Origin: a virus
Lineage: Duplodnaviria > Caudoviricetes
DNA length: 42,573 nucleotides
Virus record (IMG/VR): IMGVR_UViG_3300020044_001154
Span: 1-42,573 of that record
Reading direction: 5' to 3' (one strand)
Shown: positions 18,749 to 27,823 of the stretch, piece by piece
Position numbering within the stretch: the stretch's first letter is position 1
How the letters are laid out: the number at the start of each line of letters is the position of its first letter
Notes under the pieces: generated by a model
The model's input: the letters and a program-made list of their open reading frames with translations, nothing else
Database searches by the model: none
Told to the model about the DNA's origin: nothing
Position numbers and translations under genes: made by a program

Positions 18749-19966
18749 ATGCCCGGAGCCACCGAACCGTCACTAAACCCGCTTGCCACTACAACGCAGA
18801 CAACTTCCACGACTGCGCCTGATTGGTATAACAACTTCCTTTCTGGTCAGGCGGCGGACACCCTGACTGCTGCTACTCGCGGTGGTGTGGCGGGTGCCAG
18901 CGGGTTGCAGACTGCGGCTTACAATACCGCCCCCACTGCTATAGCGGCTGGTCAACCTGCTCTGTCGCAGGCCACCAATGTGGCGCAGAACGCTGCTACG
19001 GGGCCGGATATCAGTGCGTTCATGAACCCCTATACGTCAGGGGTTGTGAATGAAATAGGCAGGCTGGGTGCGCGTAACTACAACGAATACTTAAAGCCAG
19101 CAGCGACTGCGGCTACCGTTGGCTCTGGTCAATTTGGCTCTCGGCGCGGGATGCAGGTTCAGGGGCAGGTTGGCAGGGATGTGGCTGCTGATGTTCTCGG
19201 AAAACAGACTGGCGCTTTACAGGCTGGGTTTTCTGATGCTGTGAAGAATGCGATTCTGGAGCAACAGACGCAGGATAAGCTGGCGGGGACATTGGGAACT
19301 CTTTCTGGGCAGGCATATACTCAGGGAGTTGGTGGGCTTGACGTTTTATCTAGACTAGGCGCACAGCAGCAGACTACAGAGCAGGCTCGTATTAATTATC
19401 CCATGACTGCTTTGGGGCAGAGGGCTGATATTCTGCGTGGCTTTACTGTGCCGACAAGTCAAACGCAGTCAACCACAACGCCTGCTGCTGCGGGGCAGAT
19501 GCAGCAGTCTCCGTTGAATCAAATTGGCGCTCTGATTGGTTCTTTGGGAACATTTGGAAGCCAGCCTGCCAGTAACTTCATTTCTGGACTTCCGGCAGGT
19601 TCTACGCAGACTTTGGCAAATTATTTGACTGGCAAACTAAGCTCTATGCTTGGGGGAAATACTACTATTCAAGGGTATTCAGCAACTCTTCCAAGCGGGG
19701 CAACTCTTGCTGGATTTAATGCCGCTGGAGCGCCAATTTATAATGATCCAAGCAACCCCGGCATGTATGTAACTGCTACCGGAGATAATACTGGAGCGCC
19801 AGTAAATACAAATATTACAGGAAATACTGGCACAACAACTGGGGGCGGTAATGGCACAACAGTTGGAGGTGGCGGAGATGACACAATAACTGGAAGCATG
19901 TTTGATAACGATTGGAATTCTGATTTCCAAGGTTATGCTAATCAAGATGATCAGTTATTATCATAA
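18749..19966 (+). CDS. Putative DNA-ejection/pilot protein
   Basis: Q/A/G-rich; FMNPY…GQFGSRR motif; position after tail genes. Confidence 0.55.
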   Translation: MPGATEPSLNPLATTTQTTSTTAPDWYNNFLSGQAADTLTAATRGGVAGASGLQTAAYNTAPTAIAAGQPALSQATNVAQNAATGPDISAFMNPYTSGVVNEIGRLGARNYNEYLKPAATAATVGSGQFGSRRGMQVQGQVGRDVAADVLGKQTGALQAGFSDAVKNAILEQQTQDKLAGTLGTLSGQAYTQGVGGLDVLSRLGAQQQTTEQARINYPMTALGQRADILRGFTVPTSQTQSTTTPAAAGQMQQSPLNQIGALIGSLGTFGSQPASNFISGLPAGSTQTLANYLTGKLSSMLGGNTTIQGYSATLPSGATLAGFNAAGAPIYNDPSNPGMYVTATGDNTGAPVNTNITGNTGTTTGGGNGTTVGGGGDDTITGSMFDNDWNSDFQGYANQDDQLLS

Positions 19967-20000
19967 ACCACCCGCCCATCTATTTGCTTAGGAAATAATC

Positions 20001-21797
20001 ATGGCTGAACTCGTCCCCGGTCTTCAACAGGCGCAACCACCCGCTGGCCCTCCGCAGGCTGGCCTTCCGCCACCCCAGAGTGGCGTTCCTCCTGTTGCTC
20101 CTCCTAATCCTGTTGGCGAGGAAAGGACAAAAGAAGACCCAGATTGGGACAAGTATGCCGCCGAGAAAGCAAGGCTAAGAGCTATTCAGGCGGACTTGTT
20201 GCGTCAGATGGAAGAGCGCAGCAAGCCCTCTCCTATGGAGTTCTGGGCATCAATGGCACGTGGTTTTGGTGATCCCAACAACAAGTCTTTTGCATCTGGT
20301 GCGGCTGGATTTGCTGGCAATCTTCAAGCGTCAAATGAAGCGCAGCGCGGCAGGGAGATGGAGATGTACAAGATGCGTGCTGAGATGGCAAAGCAGCAAC
20401 TTGAGGATACCGGCTCTGACATCGTGGCAAAACAGTTGTTTAATCCTTCTGGTGGAGAGAGTTTTGCACCCGTAGCTCAGGCTGCTGGTATATCTCCTGC
20501 TCAGGCGCAGCAACTACCTCCTGAGGTGAAGAAGTCTATGATGCTTCAGTGGTTTAGCGGGGATAGAAAAGGTGCTGTAGACACGTTTGCCAAGTACACT
20601 CTTGAGAATGCCAAGACGCCGGATGAGATTAAAGTCATAGAACGGGCGGCTGCAATGTTCCCCGGTGCGGACGCCAACAAGCTGAAGCAATTCTTTGCGG
20701 GTAACAAATTGATCGGTGATCCTGCTCAGATGATGTCTCAAATTATTAACATCAGAGAGGCGATTGATAAGGAAAGAATTCCTAAACCTGACGGCCTTGC
20801 AATGATTGCAATATTGCAGGGACGCATTGATGCGGGTAATCCTCAGCAACCTGCTGCTCCTGCCGCACCTGCTACGCCGGTAGCGCCTGCCATCAAACCG
20901 CCTGTTTCTGCTGTAATTCCAACGGCTCCAGTCACTGATGCAAGCATTATCAGAAACGCGCCTGCAAACACACGATCTGGACAAATCCCCAGAGGCGCTT
21001 CTCCGGAAGACGCGGCAATCGTATTGAATCAGTCAATAGCCGATCCTGAGTTACGCCGCGTTCTGTTGGAAGATTACAAGAAAGGCATTACCACATCACC
21101 GATGAGTGCTGTGCAGCCTACAATCATGAAGACTGCCGACACTGGTGAGCCTTTGAATCAAGCGGAACGAGACTTGCGTAATAAACAAAGGCAAGAGATT
21201 CAGACCGCAAGAAACAAAGCCGCCGAAGAAGAAAGAAAAAAAGCGTATACAAGTTTCAATCAAGCATCGCAAGACAGGCTTGCCTCCGCCGATGTGACAA
21301 CACTGGTAACTCAATCGCCTAATATGTTTGGCGTATTTGAACGTCCTGACTTTGGTTCTGCGCTTGGCGGTATTGTTGAGAATGCGGTGAACGTAGGACG
21401 CTTCAACATCGGTATGCCCGGCATTCGTGCTGCGGTATCTAAACTTGGTGCTAGGAATCAACAAGACATCGACAATATGCAGAAGGTTACTGCTGTTGCG
21501 GTAAACAGTGCTTTGAGTGTTGCTGCTGCTCAGAAGGGTTCTGTGTCTAACTTTGAGCGCGAATTGTTCCAGCAGGCAAACCTCAGCACGCATGACACGC
21601 CAAATGTCTTGCTTTATAAAGCTGACTTACTAAAGGCAAGAGCAAACTTCTATACCGTTATGTGGGATGATTTTAGGCGTTTTGAGAAAAAGAATCCTTC
21701 TGCAAATTTTTCGGATTATCAGGACACGGCAGGAAAGCAATTGCTTTCCCGTTACGAAGCTCAACTTGCAAAAATTCGTGATAACTATACAAGGTAG
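20001..21797 (+). CDS. Putative internal virion protein
   Basis: Helical 598-aa protein; GSVSNFERELF; Pro-rich linkers. Confidence 0.55.
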   Translation: MAELVPGLQQAQPPAGPPQAGLPPPQSGVPPVAPPNPVGEERTKEDPDWDKYAAEKARLRAIQADLLRQMEERSKPSPMEFWASMARGFGDPNNKSFASGAAGFAGNLQASNEAQRGREMEMYKMRAEMAKQQLEDTGSDIVAKQLFNPSGGESFAPVAQAAGISPAQAQQLPPEVKKSMMLQWFSGDRKGAVDTFAKYTLENAKTPDEIKVIERAAAMFPGADANKLKQFFAGNKLIGDPAQMMSQIINIREAIDKERIPKPDGLAMIAILQGRIDAGNPQQPAAPAAPATPVAPAIKPPVSAVIPTAPVTDASIIRNAPANTRSGQIPRGASPEDAAIVLNQSIADPELRRVLLEDYKKGITTSPMSAVQPTIMKTADTGEPLNQAERDLRNKQRQEIQTARNKAAEEERKKAYTSFNQASQDRLASADVTTLVTQSPNMFGVFERPDFGSALGGIVENAVNVGRFNIGMPGIRAAVSKLGARNQQDIDNMQKVTAVAVNSALSVAAAQKGSVSNFERELFQQANLSTHDTPNVLLYKADLLKARANFYTVMWDDFRRFEKKNPSANFSDYQDTAGKQLLSRYEAQLAKIRDNYTR

Positions 21798-21800
21798 ATC

Positions 21801-22775
21801 ATGGAAGAAAAATATGAATTTGAGTTTGAGCCTTCCAAGCCTATAGACGGACAAAAGGGGGTCACGTTTACGTCTACCGTTACGCCGCAATCAGAGGAAA
21901 AGGGCGATCCGCTGGCATTTTCCCCAGCAAAGAAAATAGCGCAAACAATGATGGCCCCCATGAAGGATGCGGCGGACACAGTTGTTGCTGTTGGTGGGGG
22001 TGCTGCTATTGGAACGGTTTCCAGAATGAAGGAAATCCGCGATCTGTTCTCGCGTTTAGTGTCTTCGGGAATGGAGCCAAATCAGGCTGCTGAACTTGCG
22101 TCCAAGCAGGTGTTGACGGAAGCGCCTGCTGAGGCGATGAGGCCGGGGGCGCAACCCGCAGGCGCTACATCTGCTCAGATCATGGAGAAAGGGAAGATGA
22201 CCTCCGGTGACAAGTGGGCGGCAAAGATCGGTGGCCCGGGCGGGGAGACCGCAGAACAGGCTTACGAGAATTTCCGCCGCAGAAAGACTCTAGGCGCGGG
22301 GGAGACTCTTTTGCGGAGTGGGATTGCTTTGCCTGCTGGCTCTAATGTCAGGGGCGCTCCGCCAGCCACAATACCAAACGTGCTTCAGGAAGAGGCTGTT
22401 TCTAATGCCGCCAGAGAAGCCGCCGCCGCAAAAGGCGCATCTAAGACTGGAGTTTTGGGTAATTGGGCAGCATCCACCCCCGGCATCGTTGGCAAGCTCT
22501 TAGGCGGTCTTGGTGGGGCTGCAGCAGGCTATCAGGGGTATGAGGCTTACAAAGCGATAAAAGCCGCTGAAAACAACCCTGAACGACTTCAGGCCATATT
22601 GGATATTATAGCTGCTGGTGCTTCTGGTGCTGCTGCTTTGCCGATCCCCGCCGCACAACTCCCCGGCCTTGCGCTCGGGATCGGGATTCCTGCGGCTGGA
22701 TATTTAGGCCGCAAGATATCCGGTGCTTTGCCTGATTTTGGTATTTCTGAGGAAGCTAAACGAGCCGTCCGTTAA
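21801..22775 (+). CDS. Putative internal virion protein (Ala/Gly-rich)
   Basis: Last gene of the + strand structural block. Confidence 0.55.
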   Translation: MEEKYEFEFEPSKPIDGQKGVTFTSTVTPQSEEKGDPLAFSPAKKIAQTMMAPMKDAADTVVAVGGGAAIGTVSRMKEIRDLFSRLVSSGMEPNQAAELASKQVLTEAPAEAMRPGAQPAGATSAQIMEKGKMTSGDKWAAKIGGPGGETAEQAYENFRRRKTLGAGETLLRSGIALPAGSNVRGAPPATIPNVLQEEAVSNAAREAAAAKGASKTGVLGNWAASTPGIVGKLLGGLGGAAAGYQGYEAYKAIKAAENNPERLQAILDIIAAGASGAAALPIPAAQLPGLALGIGIPAAGYLGRKISGALPDFGISEEAKRAVR

Positions 22776-22939
22776 CGGTTACTCTCTTCCCACACCGCAA
22801 TCAATCTAGCCGCAAACTCCATAAGGTCTATTTCCTCGGTAGGGTATAGACCTTTTGGGTTATCGTTCTTGCAGTAAAAGTAAACCTGCTTGACCAGTTC
22901 TTCAAACTTCTCTGGTTGCACCATTATTTCGCTATCCAT
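22772..22939 (-). CDS. Small hypothetical protein (55 aa)
   Basis: Hand-translated MDSEIMVQPEKFEELVKQVYFYCK…; stop overlaps the stop of the convergent gene. Confidence 0.55.
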   Translation of the reverse strand: MDSEIMVQPEKFEELVKQVYFYCKNDNPKGLYPTEEIDLMEFAARLIAVWEESNR

Positions 22940-23156
22940 GTCCGCCTGTCATAAAGAGTAGTTTTGCGTTGTCCTGCGCGATCACACCTTCGTGATACCC
23001 GCGCTCCCAAGCCTCTCGCTGGATGATGGATATCATCTTCCCGAGGGCTGATTCGTAGTTCCTGTAACCCCTGTCAAACTTCTGAGAGAAGAATTGGACA
23101 TCCCGCCAGTCTAGGATGAGTTCTCCGTCGTCCGTAATGTCTGCCCAACTCTTCAT
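22932..23156 (-). CDS. Hypothetical protein
   Basis: aggtga RBS; packed in the minus-strand operon. Confidence 0.6.
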   Translation of the reverse strand: MKSWADITDDGELILDWRDVQFFSQKFDRGYRNYESALGKMISIIQREAWERGYHEGVIAQDNAKLLFMTGGHG

Positions 23157-23159
23157 ATA

Positions 23160-23924
23160 TCACCTGTATTTGTTCTTGGTCTGCCAGAATTCTAGGAGAT
23201 TGTTGAACATATTCCATCCCTTTTGAAGCTCTGCCTCAGTCCAGTGCTTGACGGCTACGAGACCGGGGACGTTCCGCGACACAAACACATTGGAACACAC
23301 CGCCTTGTGGACTCCCAATCCTACCCTGTAAGCCGCCAACTGCATCAGGTGTTCGTCAAAAGCATCTACCTTTTCAGGATCGGTAAATTCCTTGCTTTTA
23401 ATGTCCACCACCACCGGAATATCCACAGAATACAGGTCAGATTTCCCGCCAAACCCTAGCTCATGGGAAAACGATCTCTCCACCACCCATTTAACGTCCC
23501 CAAAATGCGTCAGGAGGGCGCTTTTAACGGCTTTTACGTGTTCCTGATGCCTACCTAGCTCTTTGCCCTCAAAAGAGGCCTGTATCGCCGCGTGGATGTC
23601 CGTTCCGGCATCTGCGGCTGACCGCCCCTCCTCCTTGCTGTCGCGGACAATGCGGTCTATATACTCATCCTCAGGCTCGTCAGGTCTGCGGGGGAGGGTA
23701 AGAGCAGCCATCAACACCTGACGTTGCAGCCAAGCGGTTAGGGCAGGCTTTGCAGCCACGTTGATGATGGTAGTAACGGAAGGGACGAGACTGAGTTCCC
23801 GCGCATCTCGCAGGGTGGTGTTACGTTCTTTCCCGTTCTTACCTGTTATGGTATACGCAGGCACCCCGTCACGGGTATACCAGTGGCCTGATTCTGCGGT
23901 GTAGTTTTTGGCAACGAGCGTCAT
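23160..23924 (-). CDS. PD-(D/E)XK exonuclease (Cas4/RecB-like)
   Basis: PSVTTI; GTDIH; E…GGKSDL…DIKS…QLAAY. Confidence 0.8.
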   Translation of the reverse strand: MTLVAKNYTAESGHWYTRDGVPAYTITGKNGKERNTTLRDARELSLVPSVTTIINVAAKPALTAWLQRQVLMAALTLPRRPDEPEDEYIDRIVRDSKEEGRSAADAGTDIHAAIQASFEGKELGRHQEHVKAVKSALLTHFGDVKWVVERSFSHELGFGGKSDLYSVDIPVVVDIKSKEFTDPEKVDAFDEHLMQLAAYRVGLGVHKAVCSNVFVSRNVPGLVAVKHWTEAELQKGWNMFNNLLEFWQTKNKYR

Positions 23925-24682
23925 TAAAATTCAACCTTGTTTGCACTCAAAATAGAAAGCATCTTTGGCCCATACTTTGCCCTCATCAATGATTTGGACA
24001 TTCCCAATCCATCAGAAATGTTGGATACATTAAAAATGAATGGGATATCGTCTTCCATGTCGTCAAAAGATGCGCCCTTAGGCTTCTCAGCAGACTTCTC
24101 TGACCGCTGGAACCTTGACTGATACTCGGGGGACTCCATGATCTTGCCCTTGATGTAATTGGAGAAGGTCTGGAAGAATTCCTCATCATGCTCGGTGATG
24201 GAGTAGATTTTTGGCTCGTTATGTCCTTCAGGCAGGTTGGCTTTCATGGCCTTGGGGACAGGATTTATAGAAGCGATGTTCGTATACTCTTTGCCGTTAT
24301 TTCCTTCTGCCTTGATAACGGACAGCATCGCCCACACGCCAAGCAAGTTCTTTAACGCAAACCCGCGCTCTTCATCTTTGGTGAATTCTTTCCCGCGCCA
24401 TGTCGTCAAGTCTCGACGCAGATTAGCTTTATCCGCAAGGCTCAGGGTGTAGTTTTTGGAAATTGACATCGGCTCTCCCTTTTCGGTGACCAAAGGCTTT
24501 CCCGCGTCATCCTCGCCGTGAATCTCAAACTGGATGATTATTTTTTGAAGATGTTTTATCTGCCCCTGAAACTCTGACTTCTGGGTTCCCAAGTCAACGA
24601 TCCTGTAACACCGCGCCAGATGCATCCCTGCGGGGGCGTTAATGAAAGTGCTACCAGACCCTGATGTCGCTATTAAGCTCAT
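23924..24682 (-). CDS. Phage ssDNA-binding/recombination protein with an SSB-like acidic tip
   Basis: ARCYRIVDLGTQ; FDDMEDDIPF near the C-terminus; adjacent to the exonuclease. Confidence 0.65.
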   Translation of the reverse strand: MSLIATSGSGSTFINAPAGMHLARCYRIVDLGTQKSEFQGQIKHLQKIIIQFEIHGEDDAGKPLVTEKGEPMSISKNYTLSLADKANLRRDLTTWRGKEFTKDEERGFALKNLLGVWAMLSVIKAEGNNGKEYTNIASINPVPKAMKANLPEGHNEPKIYSITEHDEEFFQTFSNYIKGKIMESPEYQSRFQRSEKSAEKPKGASFDDMEDDIPFIFNVSNISDGLGMSKSLMRAKYGPKMLSILSANKVEF

Positions 24683-24821
24683 GCTTCACTCCTGAAGTTA
24701 TGCCGCACTCAAATTTAATGATATCCCAATCGCTTTTCTTCGCTACGCCTGATTCTGCCCGTTGCAGAGCCTCCTCAAGCTGTTCTTGCCTTTCCAACAT
24801 CAATTGCCCCATGTCATCCAT
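24651..24821 (-). CDS. Small hypothetical protein (56 aa)
   Basis: gaaggag RBS before ATG at 24821. Confidence 0.55.
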   Translation of the reverse strand: MDDMGQLMLERQEQLEEALQRAESGVAKKSDWDIIKFECGITSGVKHELNSDIRVW

Positions 24822-24914
24822 CGCACTCTCCTTCACTGTATTGAAATTTGATTATCGCACATTTAATTTCATGATACAATAAGAGTGTAACTTATTTTTT
24901 AACAAGGACGCAAG
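24822..24914. promoter_or_regulatory. Divergent promoter region; leftward TTGTAT-17-GATAAT
   Basis: AT-rich gap between divergent operons. Confidence 0.6.
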
Positions 24915-25121
24915 ATGACACTCATAAAATATTTTAAGGGTAAGCCGCGAGGCTCAAAGGTGGGGCTTGCTCGGAAGCTAGGCATCTCCAAAACGTGGAT
25001 GGCGTTGATCATTAACGGGCAGAAAAGCCCCTCTGCTGCGCTGTCTGCCGAGATTGAACGAGCCACCCGTGGGCTGGTAACCCGTAACGACCTTCGGCCT
25101 GACCTGTTTGGACGCCTATGA
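24915..25121 (+). CDS. Cro/YdaS-like HTH regulator
   Basis: LARKLGISKTWMALIING…IERATRGLVTRNDLRPDLF. Confidence 0.85.
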   Translation: MTLIKYFKGKPRGSKVGLARKLGISKTWMALIINGQKSPSAALSAEIERATRGLVTRNDLRPDLFGRL

Positions 25122-25453
25122 AACACTACCGATTTGACGTTGAAGCATACCTGAAAAATACCTCCCACCTAGATGATGCGGATGATCTGGCTTACCGCAG
25201 GATGCTGGACATCTACTACATGACGGAAAAGCCGCTGACGCTTGACATTGCGGAATTGATAGAAAAGGTCAATCTGGATCAAGACATTGTGGAGGCTGTG
25301 TTGGTGCAATTCTTTCACAGAACGCATGACGGTTGGTATAACGGCCTGTGTGAGAAGCGGATAGCCAGCCGCAGGGATCACCGCGAGAAGAACAGCAAAA
25401 ATGGCAAGCTGGGCGGTCGCGGAAAAAAAGCTGTTGCAACAAAAGCAAATTGA
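25118..25453 (+). CDS. Short DUF1376 (YdaU-like) protein
   Basis: YLKNTSHLDDADDLAYRRMLDIYY…VLVQFF…NGKLGGR. Confidence 0.8.
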   Translation: MKHYRFDVEAYLKNTSHLDDADDLAYRRMLDIYYMTEKPLTLDIAELIEKVNLDQDIVEAVLVQFFHRTHDGWYNGLCEKRIASRRDHREKNSKNGKLGGRGKKAVATKAN

Positions 25454-25462
25454 ATTTATGAT
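25434..25462 (+). promoter_or_regulatory. Sigma70-type promoter
   Basis: TTGCAA-17-TATGAT. Confidence 0.65.
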
Positions 25463-25470
25463 TCTCCTCA

Positions 25471-25606
25471 ACGCCGTGAGAAGCGTAAAAGGTGGTATTT
25501 GAAATAGTCTCCATCGGGGACGGTCTCAGATACCGTAATTCACACCCGCAATGGGTGGATACCGCCCGGTAATTCTTACACTGGGATCGTCCACCGATGG
25601 AGATTA
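25471..25606 (+). ncRNA. C4-antisense-like structured RNA with upstream target sites
   Basis: 25-bp stem (25505-25529 with 25581-25606, G-U pairs); internal hairpins; two segments complementary to upstream GTGAGAA and GGTATTTGA. Confidence 0.65.
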
Positions 25607-25609
25607 TCC

Positions 25610-26341
25610 ATGTTTTACTACCAGCATCACGTTGGCGATTACCGACGCGATACAGGGCATCTGACCCTTCTTGAGCATGGCATCTACCGCCAGCTTATAG
25701 ACCTCTACTACGTCACCGAAAAGCCATTAGACAAAGCCATCGCAATGCGTTTTATATGCGTTCGCACTGCGGACGAATGTGATGCGTATGACAGAGTGCT
25801 TGCGGACTTCTTCCGAAAGGTTGACGGGAAGTATGTCCACAAGCGTTGCGATTACGAAATCCAGCGGTTCAAAAGCAAGTCCGAGAAGGCAATTAAGAGC
25901 GCAAAAGTAAGATGGAATAAAAACAATGACTTACAAGATGCGAACGCATTGCAAACGGATAGCGAAGGCAATGCTAACCTATTAACCTATAAACCTAAGA
26001 TAAGTACAGCGCCAGAAAATCAGCCGAAGAAAGAAAAACCTAAAAAAGCGCCAGCCGAGGTTTTCCCAATACCCGTACGCTTTGAGGAATTTTGGGTTAC
26101 GTGGCCTTCCTCCAGCCGCAAGATTGGGAAAATCGCTTGTCGGGACAAATGGGCTTCCAAGAACCTCGACGCCTTGGCTGACAAGATCATTTTTCACGTA
26201 AAGGTTTTGAAGGCGTCCAAGCAATGGCTTGAGGGCTTCGATCCTGCGCCCATGACCTACATCAACCAAAGCCGTTGGGAAGACGCCGATTCCTCAATTT
26301 CCGCCGATCCGTGGACAAAGGCAGGTAGGAAGCTGCTGTAG
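25610..26341 (+). CDS. DUF1376-family replication initiator
   Basis: YYQHHVGDYRRDTGHLTLLEHGIYRQLIDLYY; C-terminal FEEFW…WP…K…PAPMTYINQSRWED. Confidence 0.85.
   Translation: MFYYQHHVGDYRRDTGHLTLLEHGIYRQLIDLYYVTEKPLDKAIAMRFICVRTADECDAYDRVLADFFRKVDGKYVHKRCDYEIQRFKSKSEKAIKSAKVRWNKNNDLQDANALQTDSEGNANLLTYKPKISTAPENQPKKEKPKKAPAEVFPIPVRFEEFWVTWPSSSRKIGKIACRDKWASKNLDALADKIIFHVKVLKASKQWLEGFDPAPMTYINQSRWEDADSSISADPWTKAGRKLL
25938..25998 (+). repeat. Iteron-like repeats inside the initiator gene (candidate origin)
   Basis: Three 11-bp units (atgcgaacgca/ttgcaaacgga/tagcgaaggca), then three 8-bp units (taacctat/taacctat/aaacctaa). Confidence 0.55.
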
Positions 26342-26421
26342 TCCTCTCTAGGAAGGCACTAGACGAGATTTGGCGCGTTTTCAGGCGCTAGGTGATAGGT
26401 AGGCATCAACAAGGAGGTTTT

Positions 26422-26835
26422 ATGTCGTTAGAGGCTGTTTTAGCGCGTCTGGAGAAGGTGAAGGGGCGGGGGAATAGTTTTTCGGCGTGCTGTCCTGCAC
26501 ATTCCGATAAATCCCCGAGTTTGACGATCCGGCAGGCTGAGGACAGGATTCTCATGCACTGCTTTGCAGGCTGTTCAACGGAAGAAGTTTTGGGGGCGAT
26601 TGGGATGACGTTCGACGACCTGTTTCCCGAGAAAGAGAAATGGCACCGCCAGAAGCCTGTGCGGACGAAGTTCTTCGCAACCGATTTGCTTCGGGTGATC
26701 AACCGCGAGGCATTAATCGTGGTGGTGGCTGCAATCGACATGGCAGGCGGAAAGAAGCTAAACGAGGGTGATCTGGAGAGATTGAAGGTCGCCGCCCAAC
26801 GAATTGAAGAAGCTGTGAGGTTATCTGGTGAATAG
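26422..26835 (+). CDS. Primase-type Zn-finger (CHC2-like) protein lacking a catalytic domain
   Basis: CPAHSDKSPSL…HCFAGC; aggagg RBS. Confidence 0.8.
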   Translation: MSLEAVLARLEKVKGRGNSFSACCPAHSDKSPSLTIRQAEDRILMHCFAGCSTEEVLGAIGMTFDDLFPEKEKWHRQKPVRTKFFATDLLRVINREALIVVVAAIDMAGGKKLNEGDLERLKVAAQRIEEAVRLSGE

Positions 26836-27823
26836 TCTTATCGAAGAGCGTGCGAGTCAGTTGGACGAAATGCGTCGAATTCGGGTGATCACGAACAATG
26901 ACGTTGATTTCGAGAAGTGGGTCAAGGCATCGGACGCGGGGAAAGACGTTAAAGACGTATCCGTGTATCTGGACGAAATGCGGGAGGAGTTGAAAGCGCC
27001 TGTCCGTGAGGTGACCTACACCATGCCGTGGCAGAACACGCAGTCCACCTTTCGCTATCGGATGGGTGAGGTCACGGTCTACGCTGGAACAAACGGGGGT
27101 GGGAAGTCGCTCATTACGGGGCAAATTGCTTTAGACCTGATCCGTCAGGGGTGCAAGGTCTGTATTGCCAGCTTTGAGATGAAGCCGAAGCGGACGCTCT
27201 ACCGAATGCTGCGGCAGTTCTGTGGGGAGAATATCGAACACGCGCAGTTGATGGGGCGCGATCTGACGAAGACGATGGACAGGCTCCAGCGATTTGCAGG
27301 CGGTCAGATGTTCCTCTACGACCAGCAGGGGACTGTGAATGCCCGTCAGGTGATTGGGGTGGCGCGTTACTGCGCTGTAGAACTGGGCGTCAATCATTTC
27401 TTCGTAGACTCGCTGATGAAGTGCGTGGCGGGGGAAGACGATTACAACGGGCAGAAGAACTTCATCGACGAGCTTACTTCTCTGGCGCGGGATCACAACA
27501 TTCACATTCATCTCGTTCACCACATCCGCAAGCAGCAGACGGATGAGACGATGCCCAACAAGAACGACCTGAAAGGATCAGGCGCTATTGCGGATCAGGT
27601 GGACAATGTTTTCTTGATGTGGCGTAACAAGAAAAAAGAACATGAGATGCAGTTGACCGGCAGTGCTGATCCGGCAAAGCCAGACGCTGTTCTGATGTGC
27701 GAGAAGCAGCGAAATGGTGAGGGCGAGAACTGGTTCAATATGTGGTATCACGCGGAGAGTCAGCAGTTTCTTGAGAGCAACAATTCCAAGACGTTTGACT
27801 TTGATGGTGGGGGTGAGTTTTGA
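26828..27823 (+). CDS. SF4 replicative helicase (DnaB/T7 gp4/Twinkle-like)
   Basis: AGTNGGGKS; SFEM; FFVDSL; HLVHHIRK; DLKGSGAI; EKQRNG. Confidence 0.9.
   Translation: MNSLIEERASQLDEMRRIRVITNNDVDFEKWVKASDAGKDVKDVSVYLDEMREELKAPVREVTYTMPWQNTQSTFRYRMGEVTVYAGTNGGGKSLITGQIALDLIRQGCKVCIASFEMKPKRTLYRMLRQFCGENIEHAQLMGRDLTKTMDRLQRFAGGQMFLYDQQGTVNARQVIGVARYCAVELGVNHFFVDSLMKCVAGEDDYNGQKNFIDELTSLARDHNIHIHLVHHIRKQQTDETMPNKNDLKGSGAIADQVDNVFLMWRNKKKEHEMQLTGSADPAKPDAVLMCEKQRNGEGENWFNMWYHAESQQFLESNNSKTFDFDGGGEF

Noticed and set aside
12-22503. Many minus-strand and alternate-frame ORFs in the track overlapping structural genes
   Set aside because: They are shadows of long + strand genes, with no RBS or recognisable motifs.
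23160-23924. Cas4-like nuclease as a CRISPR component
   Set aside because: Stand-alone phage PD-(D/E)XK exonuclease next to an SSB-like gene; no array or other cas genes.
25505-25606. tRNA gene (also considered for 35374-35468 and 38455-38546)
   Set aside because: Stem lengths do not fit a tRNA, and there is no properly placed T-loop, D-loop or CCA end.
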